Source: a virus
Strand: one strand, 5' to 3'
Length of the DNA: 45,592 nucleotides
IMG/VR virus record: IMGVR_UViG_3300021956_000002
Coordinates: 1 to 45,592 of that record
Numbering within the stretch: position 1 is the stretch's first letter; each line of letters begins with the position of its first letter. Below the pieces are notes generated by a model. The model was not told the origin of the DNA. It saw only the letters and a program-made list of their open reading frames with translations, and did not search any database. Below, in pieces: positions 32,371 to 39,434 of the stretch. The position numbers and the translations under genes were made by a program.

Positions 32371-32967
32371 TTAGAATGGGTTTACGAATTCTTCGTCTTC
32401 CTTAGTAGTCATCTTCTTGGTAATTATTGGCTTACTAGGCATATTGCTCTTCTTTATCGGTGCAGAAGACATTGTGACTGGAGTATTCTTTTGAATACTT
32501 GGTTTCTCTGCTTTCTTACATCTAGAGTTACGATTCTTAGGATTAACAGATACTGGATAATCTTGACGAATAGCTTCTTCACAGAGGTCTAATACATCTT
32601 GTTCTGCTTTATACTCATCATCGCATCCAGTAAGTTGATAAAAACATTGAACTCCTACATCAGTTTCTCTGAATCCAGAGTACTTAATGCGAATAAGGTC
32701 TCCAACTTTAACAGGGTTTCCAGTAGGATTTGCCCTGGAGTCCCCGTCCATTAAGTAGTCCATTGACGAACAACGATAGATACTAATTTGTCTTTGTGGG
32801 TCTTCAGAATCTAAGAATACATAGATATCAAATCCATTCTTACTTAGTTTCACTCCAGCATAGATTACATCGATTTCTTGTCCCTTGTGACTAGGGTTAT
32901 CTCGTCCACCAAATACTGTAGATTGAGAATTAGATATAGATGCGGAAGCATAAGAAGTCATAGCCAT
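32371..32967 (-). CDS. ssDNA-binding-like protein with an acidic C-terminal tip
   Basis: The start is trimmed to ATG 32967 (MAMTSYAS...). The C-terminus ...KEDEEFVNPF resembles the SSB/gp2.5-type acidic tail ending in an aromatic residue. Lies next to the exonuclease. Confidence 0.4.
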   Translation of the reverse strand: MAMTSYASASISNSQSTVFGGRDNPSHKGQEIDVIYAGVKLSKNGFDIYVFLDSEDPQRQISIYRCSSMDYLMDGDSRANPTGNPVKVGDLIRIKYSGFRETDVGVQCFYQLTGCDDEYKAEQDVLDLCEEAIRQDYPVSVNPKNRNSRCKKAEKPSIQKNTPVTMSSAPIKKSNMPSKPIITKKMTTKEDEEFVNPF

Positions 32968-32971
32968 GATA

Positions 32972-33130
32972 TTACCCTTTCTTGAGTTGTTTACGTTTCT
33001 TTCTGATGAGGTACCAACGCCAACCGTCATACTCTTCATCAGTAAGTGTTATTATTATTTTTATTTTGTCATCAGGTGAAAGTTTATTGCTTATTAGTTT
33101 TTCATAGATTACTTTAAGCTCACTATTCAT
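32972..33130 (-). CDS. Small hypothetical protein (52 aa), below the track cutoff
   Basis: ATGAATAG overlap with the upstream stop. MNSELKVIYEKLISNKLSPDDK...RKKRKQLKKG. Fills the gap before the SSB-like gene. Confidence 0.35.
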   Translation of the reverse strand: MNSELKVIYEKLISNKLSPDDKIKIIITLTDEEYDGWRWYLIRKKRKQLKKG

Positions 33131-33359
33131 GTTTCCCTCTATTGCCATTAATCAAATACTTTATTTGACTCCTGCCTATAAATACTCCGTCACCCATGTT
33201 ATCTCCCCAAGTATCTGGTTGATAGTAATTGTTGTCATACTTATGGTCTTCGCAGATTCTATTTCCTGCATGGAGTGACGTAAAGACCTTACTACATTTT
33301 AGGCAAGTACGTAATTTCGTAGTTTTAGAATAGTCGATCATAACTTTATGCTTATCCAT
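33123..33359 (-). CDS. Small zinc-finger-like protein
   Basis: 78 aa. CLKC...H....ICEDH. Confidence 0.4.
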   Translation of the reverse strand: MDKHKVMIDYSKTTKLRTCLKCSKVFTSLHAGNRICEDHKYDNNYYQPDTWGDNMGDGVFIGRSQIKYLINGNRGKHE

Positions 33360-33389
33360 GTTTGTATTCCTTCATGTTTGTTGTTTTTG

Positions 33390-34217
33390 TTATCTAACTA
33401 GATAATTGTCTACTTCTTGAGCAAAGAGGTAATTGAGGTCAGGGCGGAAAGTTTTATCCTTCACTATCATACACATCATTCCAGGGTCATAACCATTAAA
33501 ATATAGAGATGCAAAGACCCCTTCATTTTCAAGGTACTTAGTCACTTCATCAATGTATACTTTTCCTCCTTCTTTCTTAAAAAACCTTGTGCCAAACTCA
33601 GACACAATGATGGGCTTTGAGCTAATCGCTTTAATTCTTCTCATCGGCTCAATGAAGTTAAACTCAGTTGGACCAACATTACTCCACTTATATGAGTCAA
33701 AGCCAACATAGTCTACGTCTTCTACCATGTATTCTTCGAACTTAGGTGAACTAAGGTCATTATCGTTAGCACACCAAGTAAGCTTAGCTTTAGGTAAAGC
33801 TTTACGTATCCTAGGTGCTAAATAATTCCAAACTTTTATAAAATTCTTAGGGTCATTGTAGTGTCTACCAACGACGTTAGGCTCATGATTAAGGCGAAGA
33901 TACATTTCTGATTCTGGACTAAGGGAACTTAGAAACTTTGAGATATATTCATCATAGTGACCTTGTGTTACTAAGTCACACACATTAGGTGGCGTAGTCT
34001 CTACGTTACTTGTATTGAGGTACCAAGACACCATAGGAATATAGTCATTCTGTATAACCATGTTCACCTTGTTAGAGAATGCTTCTAACATAATGTCTCT
34101 TGAGTCCCACATGGTGAACAGATTCACTATGTCTACTTTTCTATAAGCTTCACTGAAGACCTTAGTTTGTTCTAGTATCTTACCTTGTTTAGGTTCTGGT
34201 GATAAACCAAATAACAT
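33390..34217 (-). CDS. Clan GH-A glycoside hydrolase, GH26-like; no signal peptide
   Basis: The start is trimmed to ATG 34217, after AAGGAG. LRLNHEPN is the acid/base motif (R..HE.N). VDYVGFDSY is present. PIIVSEFGT is the nucleophile motif (isEfG). Confidence 0.55.
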   Translation of the reverse strand: MLFGLSPEPKQGKILEQTKVFSEAYRKVDIVNLFTMWDSRDIMLEAFSNKVNMVIQNDYIPMVSWYLNTSNVETTPPNVCDLVTQGHYDEYISKFLSSLSPESEMYLRLNHEPNVVGRHYNDPKNFIKVWNYLAPRIRKALPKAKLTWCANDNDLSSPKFEEYMVEDVDYVGFDSYKWSNVGPTEFNFIEPMRRIKAISSKPIIVSEFGTRFFKKEGGKVYIDEVTKYLENEGVFASLYFNGYDPGMMCMIVKDKTFRPDLNYLFAQEVDNYLVR

Positions 34218-34219
34218 CT

Positions 34220-34462
34220 TTACTCCTTTACTACTGTATGATTCCATTCACCGTCCTGGTGAGTTACGATTACTGAGTATTTTAACTTTTGACCACCTTC
34301 TATAATATGTAAAACTGAGTAGGGACTTAAGACTATAGATATAAACTCACTGTGTAGTCTGTCTTTAGTTAACTCAAAGTCGCAAACACCTTCCGCTATA
34401 TCATTACCTTGAGAGAATAGAGCCCAATGTTCATTGGACTTTAGTTGTATCTCTAAACTCAT
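34220..34462 (-). CDS. Hypothetical protein
   Basis: 80 aa, tightly packed in the operon. Confidence 0.4.
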   Translation of the reverse strand: MSLEIQLKSNEHWALFSQGNDIAEGVCDFELTKDRLHSEFISIVLSPYSVLHIIEGGQKLKYSVIVTHQDGEWNHTVVKE

Positions 34463-34641
34463 TCTTCGTTATCCTTTCTTACAGTCACTATTACTTTGTT
34501 GTACCTAGGGTCATACCTAAACTTAGTTATAACGAGTTGGTAACCTTCTTCAGCACAATGTACTTCGATATCTAAGTCATCTTGGTGACATATAAAAGCT
34601 TTGTTCTGCTCTAAAAGTTTACTTAGTGATTCTAATTTCAT
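34459..34641 (-). CDS. Hypothetical protein
   Basis: 60 aa. AAGGAGAAG RBS. Confidence 0.4.
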   Translation of the reverse strand: MKLESLSKLLEQNKAFICHQDDLDIEVHCAEEGYQLVITKFRYDPRYNKVIVTVRKDNEE

Positions 34642-34652
34642 AGTCTTCTCCT

Positions 34653-34820
34653 TTATCGTTGTGGTCTCCAGTAGTCCCTTATATCTTTGCCGTAGTCCCA
34701 GTTTCTATTCTTCAGTGCGTCGATAGCTTGTCTAATGTCTTCGTTGGTTGAATTCTCTCCAAGCAACCAACGTATTAAGTAACAAAGTTCGTCATAGCTA
34801 GTCGGTTGGAAGTTTATCAT
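34653..34820 (-). CDS. Small hypothetical protein (55 aa), below the track cutoff
   Basis: ATG 34820 follows AGGGGGA. MINFQPTSYDELCYLIRWLLGENSTNEDIRQAIDALKNRNWDYGKDIRDYWRPQR. Fills an otherwise empty 157-nt gap. Confidence 0.35.
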   Translation of the reverse strand: MINFQPTSYDELCYLIRWLLGENSTNEDIRQAIDALKNRNWDYGKDIRDYWRPQR

Positions 34821-35064
34821 CGCTCTTCCCCCTATCTATAAGTTCATCCCAAGCTGCATTGTATTTTGACAGAGTAAATCTTATATTCTCGATGAAGTTT
34901 TCATCCTTAGTGCAAGGCAATCTATGATAAAGTTGAGACCTCTTAGTCTCTAGGGTAGACTCTAGAGTCAAAAAGTCTAATCTGAGTTTCCCATCGCTCA
35001 GCTTCTTTAGTCCTGTTTTGTAGATTTCTATGTCATGATTAAAGTTTCTCATTTTTCCCTCCAA
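34798..35064 (-). CDS. Hypothetical protein
   Basis: 88 aa, in the operon. Confidence 0.4.
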   Translation of the reverse strand: MEGKMRNFNHDIEIYKTGLKKLSDGKLRLDFLTLESTLETKRSQLYHRLPCTKDENFIENIRFTLSKYNAAWDELIDRGKSDDKLPTD

Positions 35065-35236
35065 ATCCTGAATGAGTGGAATCTAAAATACTTTGTACAG
35101 CTTCGAGGCGTTTTACATAGTTAGCGATGTGCTTTGTACTCGCTGTTTCACTTTGTATCTCAGCTCTATAGTCCCTATACAGGGATAACAAAGTCTCGGT
35201 GGAAAAGTTTGAATAATAACGTACTAAGTTGTTCAT
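35039..35236 (-). CDS. Hypothetical protein
   Basis: 65 aa, in the operon. Confidence 0.4.
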   Translation of the reverse strand: MNNLVRYYSNFSTETLLSLYRDYRAEIQSETASTKHIANYVKRLEAVQSILDSTHSGFGGKNEKL

Positions 35237-35709
35237 TGTATACTCCTTGCAAAGTTGTCCATTAGATTGTTGTATGAGTTTTCATTGCCTACAAAGTAAA
35301 AATACGGAGTCATGACTCCGTATTTCGTATGTCCAAGATTAAAAGTACAGTGACCGATAATCTCATGAGTGATTAAAGTCTTTCTCTCAAAGTGGTTTAG
35401 ATATGCCCACTTAATCTTATTTATCTCTACGTGGTTCCCAGTATCTTGTTGACTTAGATTAAACTTTGTATCTTCACCGTCTTTATCACAGTGACCCAGT
35501 TCACGAGACGCTGGGTCTTCTGTGAATACCCAAGAGTCAACTTTGTCCCAAACAGGGGCATGTATTCCTCTTTTTTCTAAGTCTTCTAATACCTCAGTTA
35601 GTACCTGTGTTATCTCTTGATCCTTGTACTGAGATCCTCTGTTTGCCCCACAACTAACTGTGAGCAATGCTAATATAGCAATTCCAATTAACTTTCTTAT
35701 CTCTGTCAT
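35233..35709 (-). CDS. Secreted lipoprotein with a zincin-like HE-x3-H-x6-H motif
   Basis: Signal plus lipobox-like MTEIRKLIGIAILALLTVSC. The motif is THEIIGHCTFNLGH. Confidence 0.5.
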   Translation of the reverse strand: MTEIRKLIGIAILALLTVSCGANRGSQYKDQEITQVLTEVLEDLEKRGIHAPVWDKVDSWVFTEDPASRELGHCDKDGEDTKFNLSQQDTGNHVEINKIKWAYLNHFERKTLITHEIIGHCTFNLGHTKYGVMTPYFYFVGNENSYNNLMDNFARSIQ

Positions 35710-35730
35710 CCTTTGTCATCCTTAAGATGT

Positions 35731-35880
35731 TTATAGTTCTACGTATCCTGGTACGATGTAAATAGGTATAACATCGTCTATTATTCCAGGATTATCTTCG
35801 ATAATGATGTTGTTCTGAGTGTTGGTTGTACAAGCTGCATATAACGGGGTAAGAATAATCAGAAGTAAGAACTTAGTCAT
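35731..35880 (-). CDS. Small lipoprotein (49 aa), below the track cutoff
   Basis: ATGACTAA overlap with the upstream stop. MTKFLLLIILTPLYAAC is a signal plus lipobox-like Cys, followed by TTNTQNNIIIEDNPGIIDDVIPIYIVPGYVEL. Confidence 0.45.
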   Translation of the reverse strand: MTKFLLLIILTPLYAACTTNTQNNIIIEDNPGIIDDVIPIYIVPGYVEL

Positions 35881-36136
35881 AGTATCCTTCTTCCTTTGCC
35901 AAAATTCTAAGTTCAGGGTGGTCTATAAGTCTATTTGATATCTGCTCTTCTAGTGGAGACAAGAAGTGATAAAGTTCATTGATTGCATATCTTAGTTCAT
36001 CAATCTTATTTTTTATTTGAATAGCCCTGGATATTTCTATTCTTAATTGAGATTCTATGCTTCTAGACCCTGTGTGGCTATGCTTGCTCATATTTGCTAT
36101 ATATTGTCTCGCCAGTCCTTTGTTTATCTTTGCCAT
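35873..36136 (-). CDS. Hypothetical helical protein
   Basis: 87 aa. Starts from the shared AAGGAGACAAAGTATG cassette. Confidence 0.45.
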   Translation of the reverse strand: MAKINKGLARQYIANMSKHSHTGSRSIESQLRIEISRAIQIKNKIDELRYAINELYHFLSPLEEQISNRLIDHPELRILAKEEGYYD

Positions 36137-36147
36137 ACTTTGTCTCC

Positions 36148-36897
36148 TTAATTCATTTCCATTTCTAATATCTTCAGAAGTTTAGGGTAAAATTCTATTG
36201 CTCTACTCCCATCCATCTTATAAATTTCTTCTTGAGTAAAACTCTTCCACTTTTCATGATTATGTCTTTTACATCCCACTTTTATAACATCATCTATTAT
36301 TACTATAGGATATTCAAAACCAGAGATTGATTTTAATCTCTTTAATGAATGGGTAGCTCCTTCTAAGTTAGCTCTCCCTAAATCAGCTCCTTCTAAGTTA
36401 GCTCCTTCTAAGTTAGCTCCTCTTAAGTCAGCTCCTCTTAAGTCAGCTCTTTCTAAGTTAGCATTTTCTAAGTCAGCTCCTTCTAAGTTAGCTCCATATA
36501 AGTTAGCTCCTCTTAAGTCAGCTCCTCTTAAGTCAGCTCTTTCTAAGTCAGCTCCTCTTAAGTCAGCTCCATATAAGTTAGCTTTTTCTAAGTTAGCTCC
36601 ATATAAGTTAGCTTTTTCTAAGTTAGCTTTTTCTAAGTTAGCTCTTCTTAAGTTAGCCCCTCTTAAGTCAGCTCTTTCTAAGTTAGCATTTTCTAAGTCA
36701 GCTCCTTCTAAGTTAGCTCCATATAAGTTAGCTCCTTTTAAGTTAGCTCCTTCTAAGTCAGCTCTTTCTAAGTCAGCTCCTCTTAAGTCAGCTCCTTCTA
36801 AGTCAGCTCTTTCTAAGTCAGCTCTTTCTCCACCTTCTTCATTATTTAGCCATTTCTTATGTTTATCTAAAATCAGGCCTAGTTCTTCCTTAGTCAT
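36148..36897 (-). CDS. Pentapeptide-repeat protein 3: 25-aa head, 31 pentapeptides and a 69-aa C-terminal domain
   Basis: MTKEELGLILDKHKKWLNNEEGGER, then 31 uninterrupted A(D/N)LxX units, then ATHSLKRLKSISGFEYPIVIIDDVIKVGC...KLLKILEMEMN. Confidence 0.85.
   Translation of the reverse strand: MTKEELGLILDKHKKWLNNEEGGERADLERADLEGADLRGADLERADLEGANLKGANLYGANLEGADLENANLERADLRGANLRRANLEKANLEKANLYGANLEKANLYGADLRGADLERADLRGADLRGANLYGANLEGADLENANLERADLRGADLRGANLEGANLEGADLGRANLEGATHSLKRLKSISGFEYPIVIIDDVIKVGCKRHNHEKWKSFTQEEIYKMDGSRAIEFYPKLLKILEMEMN
36358..36822 (-). repeat. Coding tandem repeat with 15-nt period (31 units) inside pentapeptide-repeat gene 3
   Basis: Near-identical units such as agctcctcttaagtc / agctctttctaagtc. 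Larger internal duplications are also visible. Confidence 0.9.
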
Positions 36898-36924
36898 ACT
36901 TTGTTCTCCTTAATCCATTTCCTT

Positions 36925-37170
36925 TTATTTTTTTAGTAATTTTAACTGAAACGGATATTCTTCATGAGTATCTCCCGGTATTAACTCCCAATCATCATTT
37001 TCTTCTGTAAAAATAAATCTTAAATTAATACTCCTACCTTCCTCCATGTCATAATTTATTTCTATAATCTCACCAATTGCTATTAACGGGCTAAAAAATA
37101 TACATTGGACTATATCCCCAACTTTGAATCCTCTATTATACTCTTCTGCGGTCAATGGAATTGTCCCCAT
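36925..37170 (-). CDS. Hypothetical protein
   Basis: 81 aa. It is followed by a degenerate remnant of a pentapeptide-repeat gene 3' end (ggaaatggattaagg). Confidence 0.4.
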   Translation of the reverse strand: MGTIPLTAEEYNRGFKVGDIVQCIFFSPLIAIGEIIEINYDMEEGRSINLRFIFTEENDDWELIPGDTHEEYPFQLKLLKK

Positions 37171-37172
37171 GT

Positions 37173-37424
37173 TTACTTCACTTCACTCTTAGAATTCATC
37201 AAGGTTAATTTAGCTGTTAGTAATATAATATCATTCATATATTCATCTTTATCCATATAATAGGGACAACGTTTATGGTGGGAGAATGACCATGAAGAAC
37301 CTAACTCTTCTTTCTCATATTCATATATTTCTTCACATCTACAGCCATTATTTTCATAGTATAATATCTCTTCTATTGTTTTAATCTTATATGACAAATC
37401 ATCGATAAGCTCTTCCTTAGTCAT
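37173..37424 (-). CDS. Small Cys/His-containing hypothetical protein
   Basis: 83 aa. MTKEEL start. CRCEE...HHKRCPYY. Confidence 0.4.
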   Translation of the reverse strand: MTKEELIDDLSYKIKTIEEILYYENNGCRCEEIYEYEKEELGSSWSFSHHKRCPYYMDKDEYMNDIILLTAKLTLMNSKSEVK

Positions 37425-37689
37425 TCTTTATCCCCTTTTTTAGTTCCTTTACCTTTGTTAAAACTTCATTAAATAATTCATTTTTTCTTATAGAAAGAAT
37501 CCTATCCACATACTCTTTTATATGAATACTAAGCAGACGCTCTTCCCCCAGCAACTCTGGTTTGAACGTCATCTCTAAGAACTTATTCTCTTCAGTTTTA
37601 CGTTGTATCTTCGCCGTCACTTTTATAAACTTCGTATAGTCTACGAATGATTCTATATTTACACCGCCTAGTTCAATGTAATTATCCAT
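37417..37689 (-). CDS. Hypothetical protein
   Basis: 90 aa. Starts from the shared AAGGAGACAAAGTATG cassette. Confidence 0.4.
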   Translation of the reverse strand: MDNYIELGGVNIESFVDYTKFIKVTAKIQRKTEENKFLEMTFKPELLGEERLLSIHIKEYVDRILSIRKNELFNEVLTKVKELKKGIKND

Positions 37690-37700
37690 ACTTTGTCTCC

Positions 37701-38225
37701 TTAATTCATTTCCATTTCTAATATCTTCAGAAGTTTAGGGTAAAATTTTGTTGCTTCATTCCCGTCCATCTTATAAATTTCTTCTTGAGTAAAACTCTTC
37801 CATTGTTCATAAGTATGTGTTTGGCATCCAACTTCTATAACATCGTCTATTATTGCTATCGGGTATTCAAAACCAAAGATTGATTTTAATCTCTTTAGTG
37901 AATGGATAACTCCTCTTAAGTTAGCACCTCTTAAGTTAGCACCTCTTAAGTCAGCTAGTCTTAAGTCAGCTAGTCTTAAGTCAGCTATTCTTAAGTCAGC
38001 TAGTCTTAAGTCAGCTATTCTTAAGTCAGCTTTTTCTAAGTTAGCTCCATATAAGTTAGCCCCTCTTAAGTCAGCTAGTCTTAAGTCAGCTAGTCTTAAG
38101 TCAGCTATTCTTAAGTCAGCTTTTTCTAAGTTAGCTCCATATAAGTTAGCCCTCTCTCCTCCTTCTTCATTATTTAGCCATTTCTTATGTTTATCTAAAA
38201 TCAGGTCTAGTTCTTTCTTTGTCAT
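37701..38225 (-). CDS. Pentapeptide-repeat protein 2: 25-aa head, 16 pentapeptides and a 69-aa C-terminal domain
   Basis: MTKKELDLILDKHKKWLNNEEGGER, then 16 A(D/N)LxX units rich in ADLRI/ADLRL, then VIHSLKRLKSIFGFEYPIAIIDDVIEVGC...KLLKILEMEMN. Confidence 0.85.
   Translation of the reverse strand: MTKKELDLILDKHKKWLNNEEGGERANLYGANLEKADLRIADLRLADLRLADLRGANLYGANLEKADLRIADLRLADLRIADLRLADLRLADLRGANLRGANLRGVIHSLKRLKSIFGFEYPIAIIDDVIEVGCQTHTYEQWKSFTQEEIYKMDGNEATKFYPKLLKILEMEMN
37911..38150 (-). repeat. Coding tandem repeat with 15-nt period (16 units) inside pentapeptide-repeat gene 2
   Basis: Runs of agctagtcttaagtc / agctattcttaagtc. A 75-nt block is duplicated. Confidence 0.9.
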
Positions 38226-38418
38226 GCTTTGTTCCTTCTACATGGACTAAAATTACTGAAGACCCGAATAACGCGTATTTTGATACCCATTCACAATTCC
38301 TACATTCAAGGTAAAATGTTCTATCTTTTAACATCGAATAGATTTTTTCTTCGTCCAAAATATTTTTAGACCTTATACCACATTGGTTACAGGTAACCGA
38401 AAATTCATCTGACTTCAT
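38191..38418 (-). CDS. Small zinc-ribbon protein (two CxxC pairs)
   Basis: 75 aa. CNQC ... CRNC. Its start cassette GGAGAACAAAGTATG sits inside the 3' end of pentapeptide-repeat gene 1. Confidence 0.45.
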   Translation of the reverse strand: MKSDEFSVTCNQCGIRSKNILDEEKIYSMLKDRTFYLECRNCEWVSKYALFGSSVILVHVEGTKHDKERTRPDFR

Positions 38419-38779
38419 ACTTTGTTCTCCTCACTCCTCTTAAGTCAGCATTTTCTAAGTTAGCTCTTTCTAAGTTAGCTCTTTCTATGTTAGCCCCTCT
38501 TAAGTCAGCTCTTCCTAAGTTAGCTCCTCTTAAGTCAGCTCTTCCTAAGTTAGTCCAATATAAGTTAGCTCCTTCTAAGTTAGCTTTTTCTAAGTTAGCC
38601 CATCTTAAGTCAGCTTCTCTTAAGTCAGCTCCTCTTAAGTCAGCTTCTCTTAAGTTAGCTCTTCTTAAGTTAGCCCCTCTTAAGTCAGCTCTTTCTAAGT
38701 TAGCCCTCTCTCCTCCTTCTTCATTATTTAGCCATTTCTTATGTTTATCTAAAATCAGGTCTAGTTCTTTCTTTGTCAT
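38405..38779 (-). CDS. Pentapeptide-repeat protein 1: 25-aa head and 18 pentapeptides, lacking the C-terminal domain
   Basis: Same head as copy 2, then 18 A(D/N)LxX units, then a 9-aa tail VRRTKYEVR. First gene of the leftward operon. Confidence 0.85.
   Translation of the reverse strand: MTKKELDLILDKHKKWLNNEEGGERANLERADLRGANLRRANLREADLRGADLREADLRWANLEKANLEGANLYWTNLGRADLRGANLGRADLRGANIERANLERANLENADLRGVRRTKYEVR
38435..38704 (-). repeat. Coding tandem repeat with 15-nt period (18 units) inside pentapeptide-repeat gene 1
   Basis: Read directly, e.g. agctcttcctaagttagctcctcttaagtc occurs twice. Confidence 0.9.
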
Positions 38780-39058
38780 ACTCTGTTCTCCTTAAGATGT
38801 TAGTACCGCACTGTAAATACACTTAGTCCGAAGTTCAGAAATTTGTATTGTTTAATGTGGGAAACTGCACCACTAGCTTACTACTCATTCTAAGAGTATT
38901 TATCGTTGCAATCTAATCTTGATTGTAACTACAGACAGATCTCACTGTCATATGGTCAAAGCTCATTTAGTCGGCTTCCCCTTAACTCAACCAGGTACTG
39001 TGCGCTTGATTCCTGATTCCTCTCGGTGCTTTGGGAGAGTATCCTCTTCCATATAAAT

Positions 39059-39100
39059 AAAGTACCATGCACTAAATCATTTGTCAACTCATGTGACAGA
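39059..39100 (-). promoter_or_regulatory. Leftward sigma70-type promoter with a palindromic operator (site 2)
   Basis: On the minus strand: TCTGTCACATGAGTTGACAAATG, identical to site 1 at 21 of 23 positions. -35 TTGACA (39087-39082), 17-nt spacer, -10 TACTTT (39064-39059). This implies a leader of about 270 nt before ATG 38779. Confidence 0.55.
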
Positions 39101-39157
39101 TTATTTTGTCACCTCGTCTGATACATTGGAAACAAAGAAAAACTATGAAGAAAGAAG

Positions 39158-39187
39158 TTGACACGAGATACAAAGTAGGAGTACATT
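39158..39187 (+). promoter_or_regulatory. Rightward sigma70-type promoter, divergent from the leftward one
   Basis: TTGACA 39158-39163, 18-nt spacer, TACATT 39182-39187. Confidence 0.45.
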
Positions 39188-39390
39188 GTCCTTAGTTGAC
39201 GGAGTAAGACGTACTGACGAACAGCTCCGAACCTTCAAGCACTGGATTGAAAATTGCGGCTAGGTAATACTGGCGAACGGACGACAGTTGCTAAGACTTC
39301 TACCTTGTTTGTAGGGGCGGCACATTTGGAACTGAGAAGACTTAGTAACATAGTTTACTAGGTTTATTTGAGTTGGAGTGAACTCTAAAA

Positions 39391-39434
39391 GTCCTTGGTA
39401 TTTTGATAAAAAGTCCTTGGTATTTTGATAAAAA
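39391..39434. repeat. Perfect tandem duplication of a 22-bp unit
   Basis: gtccttggtattttgataaaaa occurs twice (39391-39412 and 39413-39434), preceded by a partial aaaa. Confidence 0.95.

Noticed and set aside
35233-35709. Calling the 158-aa lipoprotein a bona fide metzincin protease.
   Set aside because: The motif is HEIIGH-x6-H, that is HExxxH, one residue out of register with HExxHxxGxxH. It is reported only as zincin-like pending a structural check.
36358-38704. Highly regular short direct repeats that at first glance resemble a CRISPR-like or satellite array.
   Set aside because: The period is 15 nt with no spacers. The repeats lie in frame inside three long ORFs and translate to uninterrupted A(D/N)LxX pentapeptides. 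They are coding tandem repeats, not a CRISPR array.
38487-38795. Track ORFs antisense to real genes: 38487..38795 (+), 80..529 (-), 12141..12560 (-), 27883..28158 (-), 24998..25327 (-), 29730..29966 (-) and similar.
   Set aside because: They are low-complexity mirror images of repeat-rich or biased coding regions (for example LAPLKSALPKL repeats opposite the pentapeptide codons). They lack RBS and start context and fully overlap better-supported genes.
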